Source: Candidatus Spongiisociaceae bacterium (GTDB taxonomy: Bacteria; Actinomycetota; Acidimicrobiia; Spongiisociales; Spongiisociaceae). Taken from it: a stretch of DNA of 64,000 nucleotides. Under the pieces are notes generated by a model, which saw only the letters and a program-made list of their open reading frames with translations, was not told where the DNA came from and did not search any database. This document shows, one piece after another, positions 31,969-43,071 of this stretch (positions are counted from its first letter, which is position 1; each line of letters opens with the position of its first letter). The stretch is from contig OZ253564.1 in NCBI GenBank assembly GCA_965262915.1, positions 1,472,001 through 1,536,000 of the forward strand, in the 5' to 3' direction. The translations under genes and the position numbers were made by a program.

Positions 31969-32351
31969 GATATCCGACACCCAGATTCGGTCCGGTCCGC
32001 TTGCGGTGAACTCTCTGCGTACCAGGTCGGGCGCCGCGGCCCGTTCGGGATTCGCCTTGGTGGTGGCAACCCTGCGGCGGCGGTGAACCCCCTGGATAGG
32101 GCCTGGCGCATGAGGCGGGCTACCCGTTTGCGGCCGACTGAGACACCGTCGGCTGCCAGCTCGGCGTGGACACGGGGCGCCCCATAGGTGCCCCGCGACC
32201 GGCTGTGGATATCGACGATCCGGTCCCGGAGTGCCCGATCAGCTTGTTCCCGGGCGGATGGGCGACGGCTGAGCCACGCGTAGTAGCCGCTGGCCGAGCA
32301 CACCCAGGAGCTCACACATGCGCCGCACCGAATGAGAGGCCTGGTTAGCTT

Positions 32352-32696
32352 TCACGAACCCAAACGCCGCCGCGGGGTCGATCCGGTCTCCTCTGCGAAC
32401 CAGGCCGCTGCTTTTGCCAGGATCTCCTTCTCCTCACGCAGGATCCGATTCTCCCTACGCAGCCGGCGTAACTCTTCCCGCTCGGCAGTCGTTAGACCCT
32501 CCCTGCGCCCGTCGTCGATGTCGGCTTGGTTCACCCAATTGCGGATGGTCTGGTCTGAGGGTTCGAACTCCCGGCTCAGCTCGCCGGGCGTGCGACCCGA
32601 CCTGACCAGGCGAACCATCTCCGCTCGGAACTCCGCCGGATACGGCGCTCTCGTCTTTCGGCATTCTCTGAACACTCCTTCTGGGAACAATCCCAA
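32352..32696 (-). CDS. IS3 transposase OrfA (start region frameshifted)
   Basis: YPAEFRAEMVRLVRSG..TIRNWV..ELRRLRRENRILREEKEILAKAAAWFA. Confidence 0.85.
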   Translation of the reverse strand: MGLFPEGVFRECRKTRAPYPAEFRAEMVRLVRSGRTPGELSREFEPSDQTIRNWVNQADIDDGRREGLTTAEREELRRLRRENRILREEKEILAKAAAWFAEETGSTPRRRLGS

Positions 32697-33218
32697 GTCA
32701 TAGAATGTCCACCGAAGCGGGTCAACCTCAGTCTCCTAGGTGACCGCTGGCGCCGCACAGTGCTCGACTCTTGGCTGATCCGTGCCAAAGGTGGATGCGG
32801 CTGGCTGTTCACGACCCGGGAAGACGCTCGGCTGATCGCACGGCGAAGCATCTGTGCCTCGACCCGTCGGCTCGGGCGGGGACCAGCCGGGCTATGGCCC
32901 TCTGCTGCCGAGCCGAGCTACTCACAATCCAAGATGTGGCGGTCCGGCTGGGCCAGATCATGTGGCTCGACGACCACCTCACATTGCATACAACTGTGCT
33001 GCGGTTTGTACGCCCCTGACTAGAAATGCCTCCAGTCTGGCCAGATTGACGGGCGATTGTATACAAAGGTATAGTTCCGAAGTACTGCCAAGCCGACTGT
33101 CGGAGGTCGAGCGATGTGCAGCCGACGCTGGGGTCCTTCGAACGATCTGTTTCGGTACCGGTTGTCATTCATCTCCCGCCGTCTCGGTGAGATCGCTCGA
33201 ACCCAAAGGGAGGAAGCT

Positions 33219-34931
33219 ATGAGATTCAGAGTCGCGACGCGATGGATCGCGATGTTGGCCGTCGTTGCTCTGCTGGCCGCGGCGTGCGCGACGACGACGA
33301 CGACCACAACAACGGCCGTCGCCACAACAACGGCCGTCGCCACAACAACGGCCGTCGCCACAACAACGGCCGTCGCCACAACAACGGCCGTCGCCACAAC
33401 AACGGCTTCCGCGCCTACCGCGGACACGCAGCTTGTGATAGGAGATCCACAGGAGCCGGATGTCTTGAACCCGTGGCTGTCAAATAGCACGGCACCGTGG
33501 TTCCAGACCTTCCTGTTTGACTCGTTGCTCGCAATCGACGACAACGCCGAGTACGTTCCGCGCCTCGCCGAAGAGGTACCCACTCTTGACAACGGGGGGA
33601 TCTCGAGCGACTTGCGGACGTATACGTTCAGGCTTCGGAGCGACGCGCGGTGGCACGATGGCGAACCCGTTACATCCGACGATGTCGCCTTCACCTATGG
33701 TGCTGCGGTGAATCCGGACTTCGAGATCACTCAGCGCGCCGGCTACGACCAGATCGAGGCAGTCGAGACTCCCGATGAACGCACTGTCGTCTTCCGGCTG
33801 CGGGAGCCGAACGCAGCGTTCCTGGAACTGTGGTCGTACGCGGGATACAACCCGATTCTCCCGCAGCATGCCTTTGAAGGTGAGGACTTCAACACGAGTT
33901 CCCTCAACCGGCAGCCAATCGGGTCCGGTCCATTCAAACTCGTGGAGTGGAAGACCGGAAGCAGCCTGACCTTGGAGGCTAACGAGGATTACTACCTCGG
34001 AGCCCCGCAGATTGCCCGCATCATCTACCTTATCGTCCCCAACTTCGAGACACTCCGGATTATGATGGACACCGGCGAGATCGACATGCGTTTCCTCTTG
34101 GAGACTGCGGAGATCGCCGATGTTGAGGCCATGTCTGGTTGGCGCGTCTACTCAGCACCTGCAACAGCCTTTTTCCACTTCATGTTGAACAACAGCAGCC
34201 GGGTGCTCTCCGACGAGCGCGTAAGGCACGCGCTGTCAGCTGCCGTTGACAAGGAAGCGATAGTGGAGAGCCTGCTTCGCGGCACAATGGAGCCTCACTG
34301 GTCTCCAGTGCCCCGTGCATCATGGGCCTTCAAGGAGGTGGAATCCCGGGATGAGTACGACCCAGCACGAGCGATGGAGCTAATCGAGGAGGCTGGCTGG
34401 GTCGCCAATGCCGACGGGACACGTACGAAGGATGGTGAGAAGCTGTCACTTCGTGCCGTACATATTGGAGGTCAACCGGAACGCGATCAAGTCCTTGCCG
34501 TCGTGCAGCAGATGTGGCAGGCGGTGGGAATCGAGGTTCGGATTGAGCAGGTGGATGTAGGCGCGTTCGTTAAAGCTGTAAACACGGGCGACTACGACGT
34601 CTCATACGTGTACTGGTTGTTCAGCCCCGATCCAGACTCCCTGACTAGCCGCTACTCTTCCGGCGGTCAGACATGGCTCCAGCTTCCTGCTGAGGTCGTC
34701 GCTGAATATGACGCCCTCTTCGAGCGGGGACGCCTTACCGCTGACCGCGATGAGCGGCGCGAAGTGTACGGCACCCTTCAGGACCTGGTTGCCGAGCGCG
34801 CTCACAACGTCTTCATGTTCAATCGTGTGTTCTTTGACGCGGTCAAAGAGTCGGTGGGGGGCTATAAGCCGAACCCCACGCGCGCAACGAACATGTGGAA
34901 CGCTTATGAATGGACGGTGTCGGGGTCCTAA
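33219..34931 (+). CDS. ABC transporter peptide-family (SBP_5) substrate-binding lipoprotein
   Basis: GGAGG RBS; lipobox LAAAC; YTFRLR..WHDGEPVTSDDVAFT; PIGSGPFKL. Confidence 0.93.
   Translation: MRFRVATRWIAMLAVVALLAAACATTTTTTTTAVATTTAVATTTAVATTTAVATTTAVATTTASAPTADTQLVIGDPQEPDVLNPWLSNSTAPWFQTFLFDSLLAIDDNAEYVPRLAEEVPTLDNGGISSDLRTYTFRLRSDARWHDGEPVTSDDVAFTYGAAVNPDFEITQRAGYDQIEAVETPDERTVVFRLREPNAAFLELWSYAGYNPILPQHAFEGEDFNTSSLNRQPIGSGPFKLVEWKTGSSLTLEANEDYYLGAPQIARIIYLIVPNFETLRIMMDTGEIDMRFLLETAEIADVEAMSGWRVYSAPATAFFHFMLNNSSRVLSDERVRHALSAAVDKEAIVESLLRGTMEPHWSPVPRASWAFKEVESRDEYDPARAMELIEEAGWVANADGTRTKDGEKLSLRAVHIGGQPERDQVLAVVQQMWQAVGIEVRIEQVDVGAFVKAVNTGDYDVSYVYWLFSPDPDSLTSRYSSGGQTWLQLPAEVVAEYDALFERGRLTADRDERREVYGTLQDLVAERAHNVFMFNRVFFDAVKESVGGYKPNPTRATNMWNAYEWTVSGS
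33306..33406 (+). repeat. Intragenic 18-bp tandem repeat (ACAACAACGGCCGTCGCC) x5.6
   Basis: Encodes a TTTAVA linker after the lipobox. Confidence 0.95.
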
Positions 34932-35055
34932 TCCGGATATGAGGTCGATTAGGTAAGGACGCAGTGAGAGTGAGGCAGGGCCAGTCTCTTGAGATTGGCC
35001 CTGCCTCTTGATGTACTTCGGTGCTGCGGGATACGTCGATTTGGAGGGCAGCTGA

Positions 35056-36009
35056 GTGCTGAACTTCGGGTTGCGCCGGCTGCTGTTGGCAGTACCTTCC
35101 CTTTTGCTTATCTCCGCGACACTGTTTGGCCTGTTACACCTAGCTCCGGGCGGTCCCGCGGCTGTTTACGGCGCCTCGACCGTGCTGACAGCGGAGCAAC
35201 AGGAGCAGATCGAACATCAGCTGGGTCTTGATCGACCCCTGGCCATGCGTTATGTAACTTGGCTGGGTAGGGTCCTTCAAGGGGACCTCGGTCGCTCCTA
35301 TCGCGATGGGAGGCCGGTGACACACGTGCTTGTCGAGCGTTTACCGGCCACGCTCCTACTGATGGGTACTGCCCTCATCCTGGGACTCATGATCGCGGTC
35401 CCAATCGCCCTGATCGCAGCAACGACTCGGCGACGCTCCGTTCGCGCGGGGATCCACCTCTTCACGCTGCTGGGTGTGTCGATGCCGACCTTCTGGACCG
35501 GGTTGCTCGCGATTCTGATCTTTGCTGGACGGCTCGGCTGGATTCCAGCAGGAGGAATAACAACGCCCGGTGGCCCGGCAAGCGTCGGAGACTTGCTGCA
35601 CCACCTAATCGCACCCGCGACTGTGATTGCGATTCTCTATGCATCTCGGTGGGGTCGCTATCTGGAGGCCGATGTTCGTGGGGTACTCGACGAGGACTAT
35701 GTGAGAACTGCGCGTTCGAAAGGTCTGCCGGAGGTTACGGTGCTGGTCGGACACGCGTTCCGCAACTCGCTGATATCCATTATCACGCTGGTTGCTCTAG
35801 AGTTCCCGTTGATGCTCTCGGGAGCGGTGGTGACCGAGGTCGTATTCTCATGGCCAGGCATGGGGCGTCTCGTGACGGACGCACTCACGCAACGAGATTA
35901 TCCTGTCCTGATGGGCACTCTGGTCATCATCGCTGTGGTGGTCATCATCGCCAACCTTGTTGCCGACTTTCTGTACTCCTGGGCCGATCCGCGTGTGAGG
36001 CTGTCATGA
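35056..36009 (+). CDS. Opp/Dpp ABC permease (B type)
   Basis: GLDRPL..GDLGRSY..EDYVRTARSKGL..DPRVR. Confidence 0.93.
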   Translation: MLNFGLRRLLLAVPSLLLISATLFGLLHLAPGGPAAVYGASTVLTAEQQEQIEHQLGLDRPLAMRYVTWLGRVLQGDLGRSYRDGRPVTHVLVERLPATLLLMGTALILGLMIAVPIALIAATTRRRSVRAGIHLFTLLGVSMPTFWTGLLAILIFAGRLGWIPAGGITTPGGPASVGDLLHHLIAPATVIAILYASRWGRYLEADVRGVLDEDYVRTARSKGLPEVTVLVGHAFRNSLISIITLVALEFPLMLSGAVVTEVVFSWPGMGRLVTDALTQRDYPVLMGTLVIIAVVVIIANLVADFLYSWADPRVRLS

Positions 36010-36860
36010 GCAGGCGAAGGGGGAGTCCTGCCATCGGTCCCGCTGCCTGGTTCGCGCTCTCGTCGCTGGCACTTCTCATTATTGCGACAGTTGTCGGCCC
36101 GATTTTTTTTGACAGGGATCCCAATGCCATTGCCTTGAGTAGAATCCTTGAGCCGCCCAGCCTGCAATATCTATTCGGTACGGATGAGCTTGGCCGGGAC
36201 GTCTTCACAAGACTACTCCACGGCGGTCGTGTTTCCTTGGTCGTGGGGATCACGACCGCTGCATTGGCCGTCACAGTCGGCGCCATGGTGGGGGCGGTGG
36301 CAGGATTTCTCGGCGGATGGCTTGATGAGGCGATCTCACGCACGGTCGACATGTTCTTGTCATTCCCGGTGGTTCCGGTCGCTCTCGTCGCCTCCGCCTT
36401 TCTCACGCTCGATGTCGTCAGTGTTACGCTCCTGATCGCTGTACTGTCGTGGATGCAAGTCGCTCGGCTTGTGCGCGGGCATGTCATTGCTCTGCGGGAG
36501 CGGGATTTTGTAGTCGCCGCGGAGACCTTGGGCGCCACCAACGCGGGAATCTTGTTTAGGCACTTGATACCTAACACCGTTCCCGTGATCCTCGTCGCTG
36601 CGACACTATTGGTGCCCTTCGCGATTCTTCTCGAAGCAGCGTTGAGCTTCCTCGGGCACGGCGTTCAACCGCCAACCCCCACGTGGGGAAACATGCTTCA
36701 GAGTGCTCCCCGGTTCATGCGAGATGCGCCATGGCTCGCAGTGGCGCCCGGACTACTGATTACTTGGACGGTTTCTTCTTTTACCATCATCGGTGACACA
36801 ATGAGGCGAGTCATGAGCGGCGCTGCTCGCCCAATCACGCAAAGGGAGGTACGTGAGTGA
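36006..36860 (+). CDS. Opp/Dpp ABC permease (C type)
   Basis: FGTDELGRDVFTRLLHGGRVSL..EAALSFLG..PTWGNML. ATG 36006 overlaps the upstream stop. Confidence 0.93.
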   Translation: MSRRRGSPAIGPAAWFALSSLALLIIATVVGPIFFDRDPNAIALSRILEPPSLQYLFGTDELGRDVFTRLLHGGRVSLVVGITTAALAVTVGAMVGAVAGFLGGWLDEAISRTVDMFLSFPVVPVALVASAFLTLDVVSVTLLIAVLSWMQVARLVRGHVIALRERDFVVAAETLGATNAGILFRHLIPNTVPVILVAATLLVPFAILLEAALSFLGHGVQPPTPTWGNMLQSAPRFMRDAPWLAVAPGLLITWTVSSFTIIGDTMRRVMSGAARPITQREVRE

Positions 36861-37648
36861 CAGTTGAGGAGCTTCTTGAGAGCATTCGCGGGCGGCGCGT
36901 CTATGATTTGTCGCGAGAGTTCCACATCGGGATGCCGGTCTTTCCGGGATTCCCGACCTTCTCGCTCACACCGATTAGACGGCACGGCGACAAGGTGTAC
37001 GAGGACGGCTACACGGGGTCGGATGAGTTGGTGACGATGTGTAACCACGCAGGCACAAACATGGATGCGCTCTGCCACGGTTCTGTCAACGGCCTCATGT
37101 ACGGCGGAAAGAGCTTCTCGCAGGGCCCTGAGGGATGCGACATCCATGGAGTCGAGACGATCGATCCGCTGGTGCGTCGAGGGGTGCTTCTCGACGTACC
37201 CCTCGCTCGCGGCTTGAGCATCCTGGACCCTGCGTATGAAGTAACGCCGAGCGACCTAGAGGCAGCCCTTGGGGACTCGCACCTGGGACACGGCGACGTC
37301 GCGCTCATCCGAACAGGCTGGATCCGCTACTGGGACGATGTTGACCGCTACTCCGGGGCGGCACTTCCCGGCCTCCCGGGACCGGGCCTTCCTGCTGCAG
37401 AGTGGCTCAGCAAGAAGGGCATTGCCGCGGCGGGGAGCGACACGATTGCCTTCGAGCGCTACATCCCCAATCAAGCCCGGGTGCCGGTCCACAGGCACTT
37501 CCTCGTCGAGAAGGGAATCTTCATCTTGGAGGCACTGGACCTGGAGGAACTTGCAGCTGACGGAGTCCACGAGTTCCTGATGATTGCCGCACCGATCAAA
37601 TTCCGTGGCGCTACGGGTGGTCCCGTTCGTCCCCTCGCCATGGCATAG
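36857..37648 (+). CDS. Cyclase family (kynurenine formamidase-like) metallohydrolase
   Basis: HAGTNMDALCH, LIRTGW, GSDT..E, PIKFRGATGGPVRP. Confidence 0.88.
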   Translation: MTVEELLESIRGRRVYDLSREFHIGMPVFPGFPTFSLTPIRRHGDKVYEDGYTGSDELVTMCNHAGTNMDALCHGSVNGLMYGGKSFSQGPEGCDIHGVETIDPLVRRGVLLDVPLARGLSILDPAYEVTPSDLEAALGDSHLGHGDVALIRTGWIRYWDDVDRYSGAALPGLPGPGLPAAEWLSKKGIAAAGSDTIAFERYIPNQARVPVHRHFLVEKGIFILEALDLEELAADGVHEFLMIAAPIKFRGATGGPVRPLAMA

Positions 37649-37651
37649 GAG

Positions 37652-38182
37652 ATGGCAATGACTGACCGAATCGCATCGGCGGCCCGGGCCTTCGTAGAGA
37701 GGGTTCGCAATGACCCCGAACACAGCTCCGAGTCCTTCTCCGTGCACACTGAGCTCGTAGAAGGCACCCACGTCAAGGCTCATGTTCGCTCCTTCATCCT
37801 GGAGTACGACGAACCACCAATCATCGGTGGCGACGACCTCGGCCCTGGCCCGGCCGAATCCACCCTCGCTGCCCTTGGCGCAAGCCTCATCCAGTTCTAC
37901 GTGATCCAGAGCCGCCTCCTCGAAGTACCGATAGAAGGCGTTGAGGTCGACGTCACGGGCGAGCTCGACCTCACGGGAGTCTTCCGGACGCTCCCGGACG
38001 CGATCCCTGGCTATAGCTCGATCCACTTCCAGACGCGCTTACAGAGCTCGGCGGACCGCGACGCAATCGAGACTCTTGTCTCGGTCGTCGAAGCAACGAC
38101 ACCGGTCATGGCGGCGTTCAGGAACCCGGTGCCGGTTACCGGCACAACTTCAATTGAACGAGGAAGTCAGTCCGGCGACTGA
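37652..38182 (+). CDS. OsmC-like protein lacking the usual cysteines
   Basis: DEPPIIGGDDLGPGPAESTLAALGASL..GELDLTG..TPV, with S/T in place of the C residues. Confidence 0.78.
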   Translation: MAMTDRIASAARAFVERVRNDPEHSSESFSVHTELVEGTHVKAHVRSFILEYDEPPIIGGDDLGPGPAESTLAALGASLIQFYVIQSRLLEVPIEGVEVDVTGELDLTGVFRTLPDAIPGYSSIHFQTRLQSSADRDAIETLVSVVEATTPVMAAFRNPVPVTGTTSIERGSQSGD

Positions 38183-38301
38183 AGCATTGGCACCATCATG
38201 TTCCGACGTATCCCTCCCAGCAGCCGTAGCAATGCCCTGATAGCGGTCGTATCGATGCGGGCCACCTCCGTCCACAAGGGTGCCGCCGGAGGGGGTGAGG
38301 C

Positions 38302-39366
38302 GTGAGCGGGAATGCCGATGGTCCCTTCGGGGATTCCGGACGGCGCAACGGGAATCGGAACAACGCACCCCTCCTTGACGTCGAGGACCTGCGGGTCACA
38401 TTCGAACAGCCCGGAATCACGATCCGGGCCGTGCGCGGCATCTCCTATCAGATCCGCCGCGGCGAAGCCCTCGGGCTCGTAGGGGAGTCGGGAGCCGGCA
38501 AGAGCGTCAGCGCACTGGCGCTTCTCGGCTTGCTCCCACGGGACACGGCCCGCGTGCAGGCGAAGTCGATTCGATTCGACGGCAAGGAGATCACGGCAGC
38601 CAGGGAGCGCGAACTCCGCAAGGTGCGAGGGATCGGGATCAGCATGATCTTCCAGGATCCACTGAGCAGCCTCAACCCGGTGCTGCGGATCGGCAAACAG
38701 ATCACCGAGCAGATCCGCCGGCATCTCAACGTGGACCGCGCCGAAGCACACGAACGTGCGGTCGGTCTCCTGCAGATCGTCGGGATCCCCCACCCCGAGC
38801 AACGGATCTTCAGCTATCCCCACGAGTTCAGCGGCGGGATGCGGCAGCGGGCAATGATCGCTATGGCACTGTCGTGCGGCCCGGCATTGCTCATCGCCGA
38901 CGAACCGACTACCGCTCTCGACGTGACCATCCAGTCTCAGATCCTCGACCTGATCGGGGAACTGCGCCGGGAACTGGGAATGGCACTGCTGATTATCACT
39001 CACGATCTTGGTGTGATAGCTAACTCGACCGACCGGATTGCGGTGATGTATGCCGGCCACATCGTCGAGAAGGGTCCCACGAGAGACGTGCTCGCCGACC
39101 CCAGTCACCCCTATACGCAAGGACTGCTGCGCTCACTTCCTCGCCTCGACAATCCCAAGGAAACCGAGCTCACGCCGATCAGCGGTAACCCGCCGGATCT
39201 CGCAGCCTCGATCGTCGGCTGTCCATTCCGGCCCCGATGCCCAAAGGCGATGGATCGATGCCGGGCGGAGAACCCCTCCCTGGCCCTGGTGTCATCGAAC
39301 CGGGAGGCGGCGTGCTGGGCGGTGGAGGAGATCCCGGCATCGGCGCCGGGGTCTGAAGAGCGATGA
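38302..39366 (+). CDS. Opp/Dpp ABC ATP-binding protein (D type)
   Basis: [33 protein letters not shown]. Confidence 0.95.
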   Translation: MSGNADGPFGDSGRRNGNRNNAPLLDVEDLRVTFEQPGITIRAVRGISYQIRRGEALGLVGESGAGKSVSALALLGLLPRDTARVQAKSIRFDGKEITAARERELRKVRGIGISMIFQDPLSSLNPVLRIGKQITEQIRRHLNVDRAEAHERAVGLLQIVGIPHPEQRIFSYPHEFSGGMRQRAMIAMALSCGPALLIADEPTTALDVTIQSQILDLIGELRRELGMALLIITHDLGVIANSTDRIAVMYAGHIVEKGPTRDVLADPSHPYTQGLLRSLPRLDNPKETELTPISGNPPDLAASIVGCPFRPRCPKAMDRCRAENPSLALVSSNREAACWAVEEIPASAPGSEER

Positions 39367-40472
39367 GCCCGGGACTGACTGAGGGGTCACCGCTGCTCGA
39401 GGTTCGGGATCTCAAGGTGTGGTATCCCGTCCGGGCCGGGATCTTCAGACGCCGCGTGGGATGGGTACGGGCAGTGGACGGCGTCGACTTCACGCTCGAG
39501 CGGGGCCAGACTCTCGGGCTGGTGGGAGAATCCGGCTGCGGAAAGACCTCCATCGGCCGCGCGGTAGTGCGGGTGGTAGAACCTCACGACGGGTCAATCC
39601 GGATCTCCGGCGAGGATCTGTTGGCCATCAAGGGAAGCGGCCTGCGGCGCCGGCGTCGGCGCTTCCAGATGGTGTTTCAGGATCCGTTCTCCAGCCTCGA
39701 CCCCCGGCAGACGGTGGGGCAGGTGATCGAGGAGCCGCTGAGGATCCACTCGCTGGGGACTCGCAGCGAGCGACGTCGCCGGGTGGAGGAGCTGCTGGAG
39801 TTGGTCGGCCTCCCCGGCGGGACGACGAGGAGGCTTCCCCGCGAATTCAGCGGCGGTCAGCGGCAGCGAATCGGGATCGCCCGTGCTCTGGCACTCGATC
39901 CTGATCTAGTCGTCTGTGACGAGCCGATTAGCGCTCTCGACGTCTCTATTCAGGCTCAGATCATCAACTTGTTCGAGCGCCTGCAGACGCAGCTGGGCAT
40001 CGCTCTACTATTCATTGCTCACGACTTGGCCGTGGTACGGCACATCGCCCACGACGTTGCCGTCATTTACCTCGGCAAGATCGTCGAGCACGCTCCGAGT
40101 CGCACTCTCTTTGAGCGCCCGACCCATCCCTACACAGTGGCTCTGCTGTCAACGGCGCCGGTTCCTGACGTCGACGTGGAGAGGTCTCGGGAACGGATTC
40201 CCCTTTCCGGCGATCCGCCGAGTCCGGCCGACCCACCGAGCGGGTGCCGTTTCCACACCCGATGCTGGTTGCGCACTGACCTCGGCAACCCCGAGGAATG
40301 CGCCACCACCGAACCCGTTCTCCAGACCTGCGAGGACGCTGAGGATCATCAGGTGGCCTGCCATTTCGCTGCGCAGGTATCGGAAAGGATCGCGGGGCTG
40401 AATCTGCCCACCGTGGGGGTGTCCTCGACGGGAGACCAGAGCGGGAGAGAGTCAGGGAGCGACGGAGCATGA
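39363..40472 (+). CDS. Opp/Dpp ABC ATP-binding protein (F type)
   Basis: [33 protein letters not shown]. Confidence 0.95.
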   Translation: MSPGLTEGSPLLEVRDLKVWYPVRAGIFRRRVGWVRAVDGVDFTLERGQTLGLVGESGCGKTSIGRAVVRVVEPHDGSIRISGEDLLAIKGSGLRRRRRRFQMVFQDPFSSLDPRQTVGQVIEEPLRIHSLGTRSERRRRVEELLELVGLPGGTTRRLPREFSGGQRQRIGIARALALDPDLVVCDEPISALDVSIQAQIINLFERLQTQLGIALLFIAHDLAVVRHIAHDVAVIYLGKIVEHAPSRTLFERPTHPYTVALLSTAPVPDVDVERSRERIPLSGDPPSPADPPSGCRFHTRCWLRTDLGNPEECATTEPVLQTCEDAEDHQVACHFAAQVSERIAGLNLPTVGVSSTGDQSGRESGSDGA

Positions 40473-40645
40473 CCTGCTCGGTCCGCTGCAAGCTGCCCGA
40501 TCCACCATCGAGATGACGTTGTGAGATGGTGCGTTTCCCAGGTGGCGGGGGGCGCGGGCGACGCTGACGTCCATTGATCGACGCGATTCCCGAGCGGCTC
40601 GACGGTGACCGCCTCGATCCAAGATGCCGAATACGGGTCTCCCCT

Positions 40646-41055
40646 TCACGCGAGTGAGGGCAGATGCCGTGGGCGGGCGGTTTCATAGGCCTCGATCTTG
40701 GACTCAGAGTTGAGCGTCGCCCCGATGGGGTCCACACCGGCGAGCAGGCGTTTCTTGGAGGACGGATCGAAATCGAAGTGCACATTGCTGCCGAGCGCTG
40801 AGACGGTCTGGTTCTCTAGGTCGATTGAGATTCGCTCCTGGGGCCGATCGAGCGCGGCAGCGAGGAGTTGTTCCACGGTTTCCGGTTCGAGGGCGATGGG
40901 GAGGAGGCCGATATTGACCGAGTTCTGGCGGACGATGTCGCCGGAGGAGGGGGCGATGACGGCCTTGATGCCCCAGTCTTGGATGGCCCAGGCGGCGTGT
41001 TCCCGGGAGGAACCCGATCCGAAGTTAGGGGCGGCGATCAACACGACGGCCTCTT
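40646..41055 (-). pseudogene. leuD: 3-isopropylmalate dehydratase small subunit, N-terminus deleted
   Basis: NFGSGSSREHAAWAI..N..N.GLLPI..IDLENQ. Confidence 0.85.
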
Positions 41056-41560
41056 GCAGATCGTCATTCGGCCCTCCATCGACAGGGACCTGATCGCCTC
41101 CTCGCGGTATTCGATGACGTGTTCCACCTCCGACGTGCCGATCCTGAACGCCAACGCTCCGAACGCACCGTGGGTAGCGGTATGGCTGTCACCGCACACG
41201 ATGACCGTCCCAGGCTGGGTGAGCCCCTGCTCGGGGCCGATCACATGCACGATACCCCGACGGGGATCGTCGATTCCGAAAAGGGAGATCCCATTCGTCC
41301 GACAGTTCTCCACCGGCACCTCGATCTGGCGCTTCGACAACGGGTCTGTGATCCCCGACGCCCGGTTCGCCGTCGGGACCGCATGATCCACCGTCGCCAA
41401 CGTCAGATCCGGATGGCGCACCGTCCGGGCCGCCATCCGCAGCGCCTCGAACGCTTGCGGAGATGTCACCCCGTTAACCAGGTGCAAATCCACATACAAC
41501 AGGTCCGGCCCCCTGGAGCACTACCAACCACATGACCATCCCAAACCCTGTCCAACAGGG
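41056..41560 (-). pseudogene. leuC: 3-isopropylmalate dehydratase large subunit remnant with internal deletions
   Basis: [52 protein letters not shown] | [15 protein letters not shown]. Confidence 0.88.
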
Positions 41561-41566
41561 TGGCCG

Positions 41567-42961
41567 TCAGCCCACCTTCTCCGTTCCAGCCTGGAAGAAC
41601 TCCGCGATGGAGCCAAGGTCATTGGCCTGTTCGAGGTTGCCGAAGAACTGCATCCACTGGTCGATCTGGGCGGCATCCATCCGGTAGCCGAGCAGCTCCC
41701 GCTGCTTGGAATTGAACTCTTCGAGGCTCAGCGGCCGCTGGTGGCTTCCCCGGGCATAGCCCACCTCCTCGACGAATCGCTTGCCACTGGTGGTGGTGAT
41801 CTCCACGCGGGTCGGAGCCGACGTGGTGTATCGCTCGCGAAGGCTCAGGTCGGGTTCGACAGTCACCTTCTCCATGTGGTGGAGGATGGTGGGGTCGAAG
41901 TACCGTTCGCCGCCGAACTGTTCGATCCCGACCCGGCCGTCAACCAGTCCGATCACGATGCAGTAGGGGACGGACAGGCGAGCTGCCATCACGCTGTTGG
42001 GGTGGTAGTTAAGCCCGTGACGTTTGGAGTAGGCCCTCTGATACAGGACGATCCGGTCGATGTCGTCGAGAGTCAGGCCATGCTCCCGAACGATGGTTTG
42101 GGCTCCATCGATCGCGGTGTGTGACGAGAGGATGCAGGGGTGGGCCTTAAGGTCGGCCTTGAGCATCTCCCAAGCGTCGCCGAGAGGTGCCTCCGCTTCG
42201 CGGACCAGCCGCGGGGCGTCTCGCTCGTCGGTATAGGCCCAGAGGAAGCCAACTTCGTGCTCAAGGAGGCCGGTCGGACCTGAGGCACCCGCTGCGGCGA
42301 GGAGGGCAGCCTGGCTTCCCTTCCAGGAAGCAGAGCCGGCGTGGAGACTCTTGGAGAAGTCCCCCACCTTGATGCAGTATCGAGTACCGCCGGCGTCATC
42401 GGCGGCGAAGCCAAGGGCGATCTCGGTCTCCTCGGGTCCAAGGCCCATCGCCCGAGCGGTCGCGGCGGCGGCCGCGATGCCGCCGATTGACGAGGTGGCA
42501 TGCCACCTCTGGTAGTGATCGGGCATCACGGCGCGTCCGATCCGGCCGCCGATCTCGAAGCCGGCTACCACGGCCTCAATGAGATCCTTTCCGTTGCCCC
42601 GGCGAACTTCCACTGCGGCGAGGGCGGCGGGAACTACCGGGGCTCCGAGGTGGGCGACAGCGTCGAGGTGGGTGTCGTCGTAGTCAAGGGTATGGATGGT
42701 GGTGGCATTGAGAAGAGCCGCGACCGGCTGGGCAGCCTGCTTCGCATCGAAGATGACGCTGCACCGGCCGGATGCCCGCAGCGTTCTTGCGTAGCGGGCC
42801 ATCGGCTGGATGATCTCCGGAGCGATTGCCGAGCCGGCCATTCCGCAGGCCAGAGCGTCGGCGATCACCTGTCGGGCGCGTTCGACCACTGGGCGGGGAA
42901 GATCCTCGAACCGGATTGAGGTACTACGGTGTGCGAGAAGGGCTGTCGGACCTGGTGTCAT
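41567..42961 (-). CDS. MmgE/PrpD family protein
   Basis: HTLDYDDTH..AHLG, WHATS, KSLHAG, KAHPC..SH motifs. Confidence 0.92.
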   Translation of the reverse strand: MTPGPTALLAHRSTSIRFEDLPRPVVERARQVIADALACGMAGSAIAPEIIQPMARYARTLRASGRCSVIFDAKQAAQPVAALLNATTIHTLDYDDTHLDAVAHLGAPVVPAALAAVEVRRGNGKDLIEAVVAGFEIGGRIGRAVMPDHYQRWHATSSIGGIAAAAATARAMGLGPEETEIALGFAADDAGGTRYCIKVGDFSKSLHAGSASWKGSQAALLAAAGASGPTGLLEHEVGFLWAYTDERDAPRLVREAEAPLGDAWEMLKADLKAHPCILSSHTAIDGAQTIVREHGLTLDDIDRIVLYQRAYSKRHGLNYHPNSVMAARLSVPYCIVIGLVDGRVGIEQFGGERYFDPTILHHMEKVTVEPDLSLRERYTTSAPTRVEITTTSGKRFVEEVGYARGSHQRPLSLEEFNSKQRELLGYRMDAAQIDQWMQFFGNLEQANDLGSIAEFFQAGTEKVG

Positions 42962-43071
42962 CGGGGCCTGCCTTCGAGGAGGGTTCTCGGGGTCAGAGGC
43001 GAACCTCTTGCAGATTGCATACAATCATCCTAGTATCCTGCATGTTTGAGGCGGCGAGGCCAGCAGTTTGT

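Noticed and set aside
33306-33406. Possible CRISPR array
   Set aside because: Contiguous in-frame tandem repeats with no spacers, inside a CDS. No canonical CRISPR array or cas1/cas2 was seen anywhere in the window.
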